From: Clostridia bacterium
GTDB lineage: Bacteria > Bacillota > Clostridia > Christensenellales > UBA1242
NCBI GenBank assembly: GCA_045534265.1
Contig: JAZSJH010000005.1
Location: forward strand, 22,234-86,233
Reading direction: 5' to 3'
Length of the DNA stretch: 64,000 nt
The stretch's first letter is position 1. Every line of letters starts with the position of its first letter. Made by a program: the position numbers and the translations under genes. A model generated the notes under the pieces. That model was given only the letters and a program-made list of their open reading frames with translations. It was not told where the DNA came from and searched no databases. Shown one piece after another: positions 20,313 to 29,542 of the stretch.

Positions 20313-20759
20313 ATGAAATGTATTTATTGTGGATTTGGCGATAGTAAAGTTATTGACTCAAGACTTACAGACGAGTCTAACAGCATAAGACGTAGAAGAG
20401 AATGTCTAAAATGTGGCAAACGTTTTACCACCTACGAAACTGTTGAAGAAATACCTATTTTGGTTATAAAAAATGACAATTCTAGACAGGCTTTGGACGT
20501 TCAAAAAATCAAAAGAGGCTTTATCAAATGTTGTGAAAAGCGTCCTGTTACTATGGCTCAAATTGACAGTGCTGTAAATGATATAGTTAAAACACTTCAA
20601 AACTCTTTAGAGCAAGAAGTTAAGTCTAGTTATATTGGCGAGCTTGTAATGGAACAGCTAAAGAAAATGGACGAAATAGCATATATTAGATTTGCTGCCG
20701 TATACAAACAATTCAAAGATGTTGATACCTTTATTAGCTTTTTGAAAAATATGAAATAA
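20313..20759 (+). CDS. nrdR: transcriptional repressor NrdR
   Basis: MKCIYCGFGDSKVIDSR...RRRECLKCGKRFTTYE zinc ribbon plus an ATP-cone. Confidence 0.93.
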   Translation: MKCIYCGFGDSKVIDSRLTDESNSIRRRRECLKCGKRFTTYETVEEIPILVIKNDNSRQALDVQKIKRGFIKCCEKRPVTMAQIDSAVNDIVKTLQNSLEQEVKSSYIGELVMEQLKKMDEIAYIRFAAVYKQFKDVDTFISFLKNMK

Positions 20760-20765
20760 TAATTA

Positions 20766-20796
20766 AAACACCTACGCAAACAGGTGTTTTTTTTGT
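20766..20796 (+). terminator. intrinsic terminator after nrdR
   Basis: ACACCT-acgcaaac-AGGTGT followed by a T8 run. Confidence 0.8.
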
Positions 20797-20858
20797 TGTA
20801 AAAAATGGGCCTATAAAATACCATTTCTAAATAAGTTGTCTTATGAATAAATTGTATT

Positions 20859-21086
20859 ATGATAAATCTAATAAACGCAAAAAAGGGTAAGTGGTATTAT
20901 ATATGTAATATAGACCCTTGCAACAGCAAACTTCGGCTGATGGAAATGGGGTTTTGTAATTGCAAAATAATGCTTATAAAAACAGGTATAGGAAAAAAGG
21001 ATTATTTGTTTTGTTTGCGTGGGTTTAAGATAATATTAAGAAAAGATTTGGTGCAAAATATATGGGTAGAAGAATACTTGCCTTAG
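20859..21086 (+). CDS. feoA: FeoA family iron transport protein
   Basis: 75-aa SH3-like protein (RLMEMGF.., G..I.L) that overlaps the feoB start. Confidence 0.6.
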   Translation: MINLINAKKGKWYYICNIDPCNSKLRLMEMGFCNCKIMLIKTGIGKKDYLFCLRGFKIILRKDLVQNIWVEEYLP

Positions 21087-22969
21087 TTGGTAATCCTAAT
21101 GTTGGCAAAACGGTACTGTTTAATAGCATATGTAATACAAACGAAAGAGTAGGTAACTGGCACGGCGTTACAACTGAGCGAAAATCATATTCTATAAGTT
21201 ATAAAAAAGAGAGCATAGATATTGTTGATTTGCCGGGGTGTTATAATCTGTCGGGGTATAGTCTAGAAGAAAGGGAAACTGCTAGCTTTTTGAAAAGTAC
21301 AAATTGTGAAGTTGTAAATATCTGTGATATAAACAATCTTGAGCGGAATCTCTATCTTACGCTTTTGCTTTTGGAGCAAAATTATAAAGTCTTATTATTT
21401 ATCAATAACTATGCAAAAAATAGTGCAAAAGTTGATGTGTCACGCCTTGGCAGGCTTTTAGGGGTTGAAATTTTGTCTAAAACGGCAGAAAAGGTGAAAA
21501 TTGATGAGTTGGTGGCAAAAAACTTTTGCCAAAATAAGCCTAAATATTGCGACTTAAAATTTAATAATTTGCCTTATGAAGAAAAGATAAAAATAAGATA
21601 TAGATATATTGAAAGTTTGCTTGCTGATTGTATGGTGCAAAAAAGGCAAGCAAAGTTTGATCCAGACAAGTTGTTTCTTGGAAAATTTGACTTAATAGTT
21701 TTTTGCGTTATCTGCTTTGGATTGTTTTATATTTGTTTTGGAAGTGTTGGAAGTTATCTAACAAACTTTTTGCAGCAATTTTTGCAAACACAAATTGTTT
21801 TGCCGGTAAATAATTTTTTAACCAATAATTGTAGCGACCTTTTGACATCATTTGTTTGTGATGGGCTTTTGTCGGCTTGCCTTGGGCTTGTGTGTTTTTT
21901 GCCACAAATAATGCTTGTTAGCTTTTTTATTAATATTTTGCAAGATTGCGGATATTTGTCACGTATTGCATTTTTGTTTGATGGAGTATTATCAAAGATT
22001 GGGCTTTCGGGAAAGTCAATATTTAGTTTGCTTATAAGCTTTGGTTGCAATACCACAGCTCTTCTTACAACGGGCGGGCAAGAGAGCCGAGAAGATAAGA
22101 TAAAGTTATCTTTGTTTTTGCCTTTCATATGCTGTTCTGCAAAACTCCCTGTTTTTGTTATTTTTACTAACGTATTGACTCAAAGTTTTGGATTTTTGCT
22201 AACTATTGCTTTGTATGTTTTTGCATTTGTTATGGGGCTTATTGTTCTAGGGTGTGTTTCAAAATATGTAAAATGTGAAAATAAAGAAACTTTTTTGCTA
22301 GAGCTTGGTGGTTATAAAGTACCAAATATCAAAGCCGCTCTAAAGGAGAGTTTTATCGCCGCAAAAAACTTTTTGCTCAAAATAGGAACAGTTGTTTTTG
22401 TGGCAAATGTAATTGTTTGGGCTTTGCAGACTTTTGATTTTTCGTTTCGGGCAAATAAACAAAATAGTATGTTAAAGAGTATATCTACTTTTTTAGCCCC
22501 GATTTTTGCACCTATTGGGCTTGATAATTATGGCGTTGTGGCAGCACTTATTGTTGGGATTTTGGCAAAGGAACTTGTTATATCAACTCTTGCTATTATC
22601 AATGGGATATCAAGCAGCAGTTTAGGACTTTGTGTTGGTGGCGGACTTGTAACTGATTTTTCGCCGCTTACACTTATTGTCTTTTTGGTTTTTGTGGCAC
22701 TATATAGTCCATGTATTAGCTATCTTTTTGGAATAAGCAAAACCCTTGGCAAAAAATATGCATTTATTTCTTTCTTTGTTATGACAGTGGTGGCTTATAT
22801 TGTATGTATGCTGATATATTTTTTTGGCAGATTATATTTATTTTCACAAGAAGCTTTTATTTGGGCAGGGGTAGCTGCTATTTTTTTGATTGCGCTTGTT
22901 TTTATCTTAAAAAGCAAAGGGAAATGCACGTATTGCAAGAATAAAAATTGCCCAAAAAGTCAAAAATAA
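21062..22969 (+). CDS. feoB: ferrous iron transporter FeoB
   Basis: N-terminal G-domain LVGNPNVGKTVLFN, DLPG and a large polytopic C-terminal domain. Cys-rich tail CTYCKNKNC. Confidence 0.9.
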   Translation: MGRRILALVGNPNVGKTVLFNSICNTNERVGNWHGVTTERKSYSISYKKESIDIVDLPGCYNLSGYSLEERETASFLKSTNCEVVNICDINNLERNLYLTLLLLEQNYKVLLFINNYAKNSAKVDVSRLGRLLGVEILSKTAEKVKIDELVAKNFCQNKPKYCDLKFNNLPYEEKIKIRYRYIESLLADCMVQKRQAKFDPDKLFLGKFDLIVFCVICFGLFYICFGSVGSYLTNFLQQFLQTQIVLPVNNFLTNNCSDLLTSFVCDGLLSACLGLVCFLPQIMLVSFFINILQDCGYLSRIAFLFDGVLSKIGLSGKSIFSLLISFGCNTTALLTTGGQESREDKIKLSLFLPFICCSAKLPVFVIFTNVLTQSFGFLLTIALYVFAFVMGLIVLGCVSKYVKCENKETFLLELGGYKVPNIKAALKESFIAAKNFLLKIGTVVFVANVIVWALQTFDFSFRANKQNSMLKSISTFLAPIFAPIGLDNYGVVAALIVGILAKELVISTLAIINGISSSSLGLCVGGGLVTDFSPLTLIVFLVFVALYSPCISYLFGISKTLGKKYAFISFFVMTVVAYIVCMLIYFFGRLYLFSQEAFIWAGVAAIFLIALVFILKSKGKCTYCKNKNCPKSQK

Positions 22970-23017
22970 TGTTTACTAGTGAATGGCTTTTGTGTTACAA
23001 TACATAAGAGGTAAATT

Positions 23018-24346
23018 ATGAAAAAACCATTAGTTGCTATAGTTGGTAGACCCAATGTTGGCAAAAGTACATTTTTTAATAGAGTTTGTGGCAGAAGACT
23101 AAGTATTGTCGAAGATATGCCTGGTGTTACACGTGACCGTATTTATGCCGACGCAGAATGGTGCGGAAATAACTTTACACTTGTAGACACTGGCGGACTT
23201 GATTTTGCCAATGCCCAAGACGAAATACAAAAGAATATCTTTACCCAAGCCCAAGTAGCAATAGACCTTGCTGATGTTATAATGCTATTTGTTGACGGAA
23301 AAGAAGGTATAACAAATAACGATAGAGAAGTTGCAACTTTTTTGAGAAAGAGCAAAAAGCCTATTGTACTTGTTGTAAACAAACTAGACAATAACGAAGT
23401 AGAAAATACTTATGACTTTTATGAGCTAGGTCTTGGAGAGCCTTTTGCGGTATCTGCTGAGCAAGCTAAAGGTATAGGTGATGTTTTGGACGGAGTAGTT
23501 AAAAACTTCAAAAACAAGGTTTCTGATGAAGACTTAACACCATCTATCAAGATAGCTATTGTAGGCAGACCAAATGCTGGCAAAAGTAGTATTACAAACA
23601 AGATTTTGGGCGAAGATAGAGTTGTTGTAAGTAATGTTGCAGGTACAACTAGAGATGCTATAGATACACCTTTTAAGTATAATGGCAAAGACTATGTAAT
23701 AATAGACACAGCCGGTATGAGAAGAAAAAGTCAAATACCAAAAGAAAGTGTAGAAAGATATAGCATATTAAGATCTCTTGATGCAATAGAAAGAGCAGAT
23801 ATTGTTTTGATTGCAGTAGATAGCGTAGACAAGCTAACAGAGCAAGACGTAAGAATTGCAGGCTATGTTCACGAAAAAGGCAAGCCAAGCATTATCGTTA
23901 TGAACAAATGGGATTTGATTGAAAAAGATGATAAGACCATTAATAAATTTAATGACAAACTAAAAGAAGACCTTAAGTTTATGGATTACTTTACAGCTGT
24001 ATATGTATCCGCCCTAACTGGTCAAAGACTTAACAAAATAATGCCTATGGTAGAAACAGTACTAGAAAATGCAGGCAAGAGAATATCAACAGGCGTTTTG
24101 AACGAAATTTTGCAAGAGGCAATCACAGTCAAAGAGCCTCCTACAAAAAACGGCAGAAGACTAAAGATTATGTTTGCAACCCAAGCAAACACCAATCCAC
24201 CAACTTTTGTTATATTTGTTAACGACAGCAAACTTATGCATTTTTCGTACGAAAGATATCTTGAAAATTGCCTAAGACGCCAAGTTGACTTTTCGGGAAC
24301 ACCAATAAAAATCGTTATAAAAACTCGTGGAGAAAAGGAAGAATAA
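23018..24346 (+). CDS. der: ribosome biogenesis GTPase Der (EngA)
   Basis: Two tandem GTPase domains (GRPNVGKST and GRPNAGKSS, DTGG/DTAG, NKLD/NKWD) plus a KH-like C-terminus. Confidence 0.95.
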   Translation: MKKPLVAIVGRPNVGKSTFFNRVCGRRLSIVEDMPGVTRDRIYADAEWCGNNFTLVDTGGLDFANAQDEIQKNIFTQAQVAIDLADVIMLFVDGKEGITNNDREVATFLRKSKKPIVLVVNKLDNNEVENTYDFYELGLGEPFAVSAEQAKGIGDVLDGVVKNFKNKVSDEDLTPSIKIAIVGRPNAGKSSITNKILGEDRVVVSNVAGTTRDAIDTPFKYNGKDYVIIDTAGMRRKSQIPKESVERYSILRSLDAIERADIVLIAVDSVDKLTEQDVRIAGYVHEKGKPSIIVMNKWDLIEKDDKTINKFNDKLKEDLKFMDYFTAVYVSALTGQRLNKIMPMVETVLENAGKRISTGVLNEILQEAITVKEPPTKNGRRLKIMFATQANTNPPTFVIFVNDSKLMHFSYERYLENCLRRQVDFSGTPIKIVIKTRGEKEE

Positions 24347-25050
24347 TGTTAGTTACTATTATCAAATATGTTTGTTTAGTAATAGGCGGCTATCTTATAG
24401 GTAATATTTATTTTGCTCGTATTATTGGCAAAATAAAAAAGTTTGATATTACCAAAGATGGTAGCGGAAATCCAGGCACTATGAATATGCTCCGTAACAA
24501 GGGTTTTGGTTATGGCATAATAACCTTGCTACTTGATATGTGCAAAGGCGTAGTTGGGGCTTTAGCTGGGTTTTTGCTTTTTGGCGCAGATTGGAACTCT
24601 GCCCAAAGTATAATTGGCTTATATGTAGGCGGCTTGTCAGTATTAGTTGGCAATATATATCCTGTGTTTTACAAGTTCAAAGGCGGTAAAGGCGCTGCCG
24701 TTGTATATGGTATGTTCTTCTTTGCCAACTGGTGGCTAGGACTTATCGTATTTGTAGTTGGTTTTGTATACCTTCTTATATTTGACTATGCAGTACTTGT
24801 ATCATTTTTGATGATTACAATGTTTACAATAGTTCAAGGCCTTATGTATGTAAAATTCCAAAGCGTAGCAATATCTGTGCTTTTGTTTACCATATTTTTC
24901 CTAATGTGGTTTGCTCACAGAAAGAATATTTATAGATTGCTTCTTGGTAAAGAAAACAGAGTAAACTTCAAAGCAAGCTTGATTAAGTTCAAAGACAAAA
25001 TCGTAGCAAAAAAGAACAAGAAAAAATACAATCCAAAAGAAGTTGGCTAA
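24346..25050 (+). CDS. plsY: glycerol-3-phosphate acyltransferase PlsY
   Basis: GSGNPGTMN motif and FKGGKG. Multi-TM. 1-nt overlap with the der stop. Confidence 0.9.
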   Translation: MLVTIIKYVCLVIGGYLIGNIYFARIIGKIKKFDITKDGSGNPGTMNMLRNKGFGYGIITLLLDMCKGVVGALAGFLLFGADWNSAQSIIGLYVGGLSVLVGNIYPVFYKFKGGKGAAVVYGMFFFANWWLGLIVFVVGFVYLLIFDYAVLVSFLMITMFTIVQGLMYVKFQSVAISVLLFTIFFLMWFAHRKNIYRLLLGKENRVNFKASLIKFKDKIVAKKNKKKYNPKEVG

Positions 25051-25178
25051 TTGCTAGCTTCTTTTTTTATTGATTGTATTGTTTGCTGTAAGTGTATATT
25101 TTTTGTAAATTATCAAAATATTATAATCAAAATCTAAATTTTAGATTGTTGAAAACAAAATAATTTTTTTTATTTTTG

Positions 25179-25207
25179 GCATATAAAAAAACCTAAATTC
25201 ATATATT
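25179..25207 (+). promoter_or_regulatory. putative sigma-E-type sporulation promoter for spoIVA
   Basis: GCATATA-N14-CATATATT, compared with the sigma-E consensus as I recall it (ZHATAxx-N14-CATACAHT). It lies 30 nt upstream of the spoIVA ATG. spoIVA is sigma-E dependent in B. subtilis. Confidence 0.4.
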
Positions 25208-25236
25208 TTACTATTACCTTATAAGGAGCAAAATAT

Positions 25237-26712
25237 ATGAACGCATATAGTATTTATGATGATATCGCAACCCGAACCAATGGCGACATCTATTTGGGTG
25301 TAGTAGGTCCTGTAAGATGCGGCAAATCAACTTTTATATCAAAGTTTATCGACACTTTAGTCTTGCCAAATATAGAAAACGAATTTGACAAAAACCGTAC
25401 AATTGATGAACTTCCACAAAGTGCCGATGGTAAAACCGTTATGACCACCCAACCCAAGTTTATCCCAAACAAAGCCGTAAAAATAAGTGTAAACGGTAGA
25501 GCCAGCCTTAATGTAAGACTTGTAGATTGTGTAGGTTATATGATAAAATCTGCAAACAGCGGAGAAGAAAACAAACAACGCCTTGTCAAAACTCCTTGGA
25601 GTGACGAAGCTATGCCTTTTGACAAAGCCGCCGAAATTGGTACAAAAAAAGTAGTTTCAGAGCATTCTACAATTGCTGTTGCTATGACAACAGACGGAAG
25701 TTTTTCGGGGATTAATCGCAGCGAATATATTGACGCCGAAGAAAAAGTTGTAAATGAGCTAAAAGCATCAAATAAACCTTTTGTAATGATTTTGAATACA
25801 ACAAATCCAAAAGACGACCTAACTCAAGAGCTTGCAAAATCCCTTTCTAAAAAGTATGATACCTGCGTTATGCCGCTAGATGTATCTAATATGACAAAAG
25901 AAGATATTGATGAGATATTTGCAAAAATTTTGGCTGACTTTCCGCTTGTATCGTTGAAGGTAAAAATCCCAAAATGGCTAGAAGCTATGCCATACGAAGA
26001 CGAAATGATACAAGAAATAATAAGAGAAACAAAAGCCCTTGTAGATAACGCCAGCAAAGTAGGTCAGGTAGATAGTACAAAAGTGGCTTTTTCTGGTAGC
26101 GAATGTTTTGAAGAAATAACTCTTACCGAAGTTAAAATGGGTGAAGGTGTTGCTTTTGCTGAAGTAATGCCCAAAGAAAATTTATTTTATAGAGTACTTA
26201 GCAAACAATGCGGCTGTGAAATCAGTAGTGATTACCATTTGATTAGTTATATCAAAAGCTTAACTACCGCAAAAGCAGAGTATGACAAACTAAAAGACGC
26301 TTTGACCCAAGTCGAAGAAACAGGCTATGGTGTAGTTATGCCAAAGATAGACGAACTAACCCTAGAAGAGCCAGAGATTGTAAAACAAGGCTCAAGATAC
26401 GGGGTGAAACTCAAAGCATCAGCTCCTAGTCTTCATTTGATGCGTGTTGATGTCCAAACCGAAATTAGCCCGATTGTTGGTACAGAGCAACAAAGTAGCG
26501 ACCTTGTAAAATATATTCTAGATGAGTTTGAAAGCAACCCACAAGGCATCTGGGAAACAAATATGTTTGGAAAATCCCTTCATTCACTTGTTAATGAAGG
26601 TCTAAATAACAAACTTGTTCAAATGCCCCTAGAAGCCCAAACAAAAATGCGTAAAACTCTAGGCAGAATTGTCAACGAAGGCAAAGGCGGAATAATCTGC
26701 ATTTTGTTATAA
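25237..26712 (+). CDS. spoIVA: stage IV sporulation protein A (spore coat morphogenetic ATPase)
   Basis: N-terminus DIATRTNGDIYLGVVGPVRCGKSTFI (Walker A) and conserved C-terminus NEGKGGIICILL. 491 aa. Confidence 0.93.
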   Translation: MNAYSIYDDIATRTNGDIYLGVVGPVRCGKSTFISKFIDTLVLPNIENEFDKNRTIDELPQSADGKTVMTTQPKFIPNKAVKISVNGRASLNVRLVDCVGYMIKSANSGEENKQRLVKTPWSDEAMPFDKAAEIGTKKVVSEHSTIAVAMTTDGSFSGINRSEYIDAEEKVVNELKASNKPFVMILNTTNPKDDLTQELAKSLSKKYDTCVMPLDVSNMTKEDIDEIFAKILADFPLVSLKVKIPKWLEAMPYEDEMIQEIIRETKALVDNASKVGQVDSTKVAFSGSECFEEITLTEVKMGEGVAFAEVMPKENLFYRVLSKQCGCEISSDYHLISYIKSLTTAKAEYDKLKDALTQVEETGYGVVMPKIDELTLEEPEIVKQGSRYGVKLKASAPSLHLMRVDVQTEISPIVGTEQQSSDLVKYILDEFESNPQGIWETNMFGKSLHSLVNEGLNNKLVQMPLEAQTKMRKTLGRIVNEGKGGIICILL

Positions 26713-26727
26713 AAATATTGCGGCAAC

Positions 26728-26760
26728 AAAAAACTAGCGAATAATATCGCTAGTTTTTTT
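26728..26760. terminator. bidirectional terminator hairpin (copy A of a duplicated hairpin)
   Basis: A6-CTAGCGA-ataata-TCGCTAG-T7, between convergent spoIVA and xre. Confidence 0.8.
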
Positions 26761-26767
26761 GTGGGTG

Positions 26768-26980
26768 TTATTTTTCTAAACCTACTAAAAAATCAATAGA
26801 AACATTAAAAAAAATAGATAAAGATATTAATGAAGACATATTTGGTTCTCTTAGTCCATTTTCCCATAAACTAATGATTCCCTTACTTACTCCCAATTTG
26901 TTTGCAAGTTCAACTTGTCCAATATTTTTTTCTTGTCTCAGAAATTTTAGATTGTCTTTGAAATAGTTTTTATCTTCCAT
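26768..26980 (-). CDS. XRE family helix-turn-helix transcriptional regulator (70 aa)
   Basis: LKFLRQEKNIGQVELANKLGVSKGIISLWENG is a canonical Cro/C1-type HTH. Confidence 0.8.
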   Translation of the reverse strand: MEDKNYFKDNLKFLRQEKNIGQVELANKLGVSKGIISLWENGLREPNMSSLISLSIFFNVSIDFLVGLEK

Positions 26981-26998
26981 AATACTAGTATCTCACTA

Positions 26999-27041
26999 TT
27001 GTAAGAAAAATACTTGACTTCTTACAATTGTAAGATATAAT
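26999..27041 (+). promoter_or_regulatory. divergent promoter/operator: TTGACT-16-TATAAT whose entire spacer is a perfect 16-bp palindrome, plus an upstream half-site
   Basis: TTGACT at 27014-27019. Spacer TCTTACAATTGTAAGA at 27020-27035 is a perfect palindrome. TATAAT at 27036-27041. An extra TTGTAAGAA half-site is at 26999-27007. Confidence 0.55.
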
Positions 27042-27069
27042 ATATATAAATAATAGGAGAAAAAAGTAT

Positions 27070-27348
27070 ATGTACTTTATTTTATCATTAATTTTAACAG
27101 GTTTATTTGGATATTTTTTACCGCAATGGATGTATGAAATGAGTTGGAATGATTTAATTGCAATTAAAAATGGTGAAACAGTTTCTTCTCAAGTAAGCCA
27201 AATTATTAAAAATCTTGGTTGGTCATCTCAAAGTGCAGCGGAGCTTGCTTATGAAAAAATGCAAGTTTGCATGTGGATAACGATTGCTGTTTTTATTGTT
27301 TTAATGATAATAACAAATATAATAAAAAAGGCAATAAGTAAAAAATAA
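27070..27348 (+). CDS. small membrane protein (92 aa, 2 TM)
   Basis: AGGAG RBS. Hydrophobic N- and C-terminal helices. Divergent from the xre gene. Confidence 0.5.
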   Translation: MYFILSLILTGLFGYFLPQWMYEMSWNDLIAIKNGETVSSQVSQIIKNLGWSSQSAAELAYEKMQVCMWITIAVFIVLMIITNIIKKAISKK

Positions 27349-27350
27349 TA

Positions 27351-27385
27351 AAAAAACTAGCGACAATATATCGCTAGTTTTTTTT
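27351..27385. terminator. bidirectional terminator hairpin (copy B of the duplicated hairpin)
   Basis: A6-CTAGCGA-caatata-TCGCTAG-T8. Same stem and flanks as 26728-26760. Confidence 0.8.
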
Positions 27386-27387
27386 GT

Positions 27388-27870
27388 TTAGATAAATTTT
27401 TCTTTATCAAAGTTAAATCCTATTGGCGAGCAAGAAGGGACTGCAAGCATTGGTATATTCCCAGATGGTTTAATACCAAAGTTTAGACAAATAAATGCAG
27501 ATAGGTTAACTCCAGATGTTACAACTATAACTGTGTCGTTGTTGTCGTAATTTTTGATTATATCTTTTAGGCAATCGGTCACTCTGTTTAGTAGGTCAGT
27601 CCAAGTTTCGCCTTTTACACTCTCAAACTCATCTAGTCTTGTATCCACAATGATAGGAAGAGAAAGGTGTTTGTTTATATTTTCGGCGGTTTTTGTACAT
27701 CTAAAAAATTGTGATGTATAAATTGCCTTTGGATTTGATTTTCCTTTTAGGTCTTTCAAAAGCTCAGCTACAAGCTCAGTGTCTTTTTGTCCTATTTCGG
27801 TCAAACCTTCGTCTTGAGACCTAGGGTAGCCTTTTGCTCTGTGTCCATGATGAACATAAATTATTTGCAT
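27388..27870 (-). CDS. histidine-phosphatase-superfamily-like protein with degenerate catalytic motifs
   Basis: KAIYTSQFFRCTKTAENI parallels the SPxxRAxQTA block of the paralog at 38691. RHG is replaced by HHG, and the later catalytic His by Ser (VVTSGV). Confidence 0.4.
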   Translation of the reverse strand: MQIIYVHHGHRAKGYPRSQDEGLTEIGQKDTELVAELLKDLKGKSNPKAIYTSQFFRCTKTAENINKHLSLPIIVDTRLDEFESVKGETWTDLLNRVTDCLKDIIKNYDNNDTVIVVTSGVNLSAFICLNFGIKPSGNIPMLAVPSCSPIGFNFDKEKFI

Positions 27871-27887
27871 ATAAACTCCAATATTTA

Positions 27888-28484
27888 TTAGTTTTGAACA
27901 AATTTTGTTTTAGTTTTCTTTTTTGAGTTGTCTTTTACTACTTTTTCGATTTGCTTTGCCATTTCATAGCCATTATTTAGGGCTGCTGTCCAGATGGTTA
28001 GTCTGCTGTGACCTACTGGCAAAAGTTCGATATCTACAATAAGTCCACATGACTTTTCGTTGCGTCTATCAAAGGCAGATTGATTGCAAGAGATTGAGAT
28101 ATTGCCAGAAACATTTTCGATAGAGTATTGTTTGAAACTGTTAGAAAATGCACCATATCTTATCAAAACCCTTTTATTTGTTAAGCAAACAAAGTAGTTA
28201 TTTTCACCGAATTTTGCTATTACAAAAATAATAAGTGTAACAAGTAAAAATACCCCCGGAACAATTATTGCGACAATCCAAGGAAAGCCTCTCATTTCTG
28301 GTCCCCAATAAGTATCAACTTGTCTCCAAGGCAACGCTAAAGATAGGGTGGTAAATAATACCGCAAAGAATAGTGTTAACATAAGTGTAACAAAACATCT
28401 TTTGAAAGCGTATGTATTTGTTGCGTTTGTAACAGCAACAACTTGTTCGTCTTCGGTCAAAATATTGCTGAACTTATTTTCCAT
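27888..28484 (-). CDS. membrane protein with bacterial PH-like (YdbS/YdbT-type) segment
   Basis: Two TM helices followed by VCLTNKRVLIRYG. GGAGG RBS before ATG 28484 (the track start at 28499 is TTG). Confidence 0.45.
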   Translation of the reverse strand: MENKFSNILTEDEQVVAVTNATNTYAFKRCFVTLMLTLFFAVLFTTLSLALPWRQVDTYWGPEMRGFPWIVAIIVPGVFLLVTLIIFVIAKFGENNYFVCLTNKRVLIRYGAFSNSFKQYSIENVSGNISISCNQSAFDRRNEKSCGLIVDIELLPVGHSRLTIWTAALNNGYEMAKQIEKVVKDNSKKKTKTKFVQN

Positions 28485-28655
28485 TATTAAATCCTCCAAG
28501 GTCAGTATAGCATAAAATTTTTTTTTGCAAAATAAAAAACAAATAACTTATTAAAAAATAATGTTTAACCTAAAAGTACAATTAAATATTTTACAAAAAC
28601 CACCTTTTAATGTTATTATATTCGTAGCAATAGGGACACTGTCTCATGTGGGGTA

Positions 28656-29471
28656 TTGAATATGAATTTTTTTGAGAAATTTATTTACTTTTTGAAAGCC
28701 GAAATGCCAGTTCCGGGAATGCTGGACTTATGGCATATTATAAGTTTGGTAGCTGTTGCTGCGGTAACTTTTTTGGCTGCATTTTTGATGAGAAAAGCCG
28801 GAAACAAAGGTCTTAGGATTTTTCTTGTTATTACCAGTATTTGTCTTATGATTTTTGAGGCTCTTAAGCTTTGCGTATTCTCTATGGGAGTTAATGATGG
28901 GGTTGCGCATTGGGATTTTGCTTGGTATGTATTTCCATTTCAATTTTGTTCTATGCCAATGTATATTGGCTTGCTTGCGGGTATATTAAAGCCTGGCAAA
29001 GTTCAAGATTGTTTGTTGTCATTTTTGTCAACATTTGCAATTCTTGCGGGACTTATTGTAATGTTTGTACCAAGTCAGGTATATTGCGGTTGGATATTTA
29101 TTAACATTCAAACAATGGTATATCACGGCGCTATGATAATGGTAGGGGCTGTGGTATTAGCAGGTAAACATACAAGAATAGAGTTTAAGACTATTTTGAA
29201 AGGTGCTCTTATATTTGCTATATGTTTAGTTTTAGCTTTGGGTATGGATATTATGGCGGTTAAAGTGTTTAATATTCAAGAGACATTTAATATGTTTCAT
29301 ATTTCTCCATATTTTGATTGTCCAATGCCTGTGTTTAGCATTATTTATCAAAAAGTGCCTTATGTTGTTTTCTTATTGTTATATTTGATTGGTTTTGTTG
29401 GTGGAACTTGCCTGATTATGTATATTATTAAATTTTTTGCTTGGCTTGTTTCTAAGATGAAAAGAGCATAA
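28656..29471 (+). CDS. polytopic integral membrane protein (possibly YwaF/TIGR02206-like)
   Basis: About 7 hydrophobic helices. Family assignment is from overall pattern only. Confidence 0.5.
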   Translation: MNMNFFEKFIYFLKAEMPVPGMLDLWHIISLVAVAAVTFLAAFLMRKAGNKGLRIFLVITSICLMIFEALKLCVFSMGVNDGVAHWDFAWYVFPFQFCSMPMYIGLLAGILKPGKVQDCLLSFLSTFAILAGLIVMFVPSQVYCGWIFINIQTMVYHGAMIMVGAVVLAGKHTRIEFKTILKGALIFAICLVLALGMDIMAVKVFNIQETFNMFHISPYFDCPMPVFSIIYQKVPYVVFLLLYLIGFVGGTCLIMYIIKFFAWLVSKMKRA

Positions 29472-29542
29472 ATAATATTATTCAATTAACTTTGACAAGC
29501 AATCATATTTTTTATGGTTGTTTGTTCTTTTGGAGGTAAATT

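Noticed and set aside
20800-20858. Possible Fur box upstream of feoA (TGAATAAATTGTATTATGATAAATC)
   Set aside because: It is A+T-rich with only a partial resemblance to the GATAATGATAATCATTATC consensus, and it has no convincing dyad symmetry.
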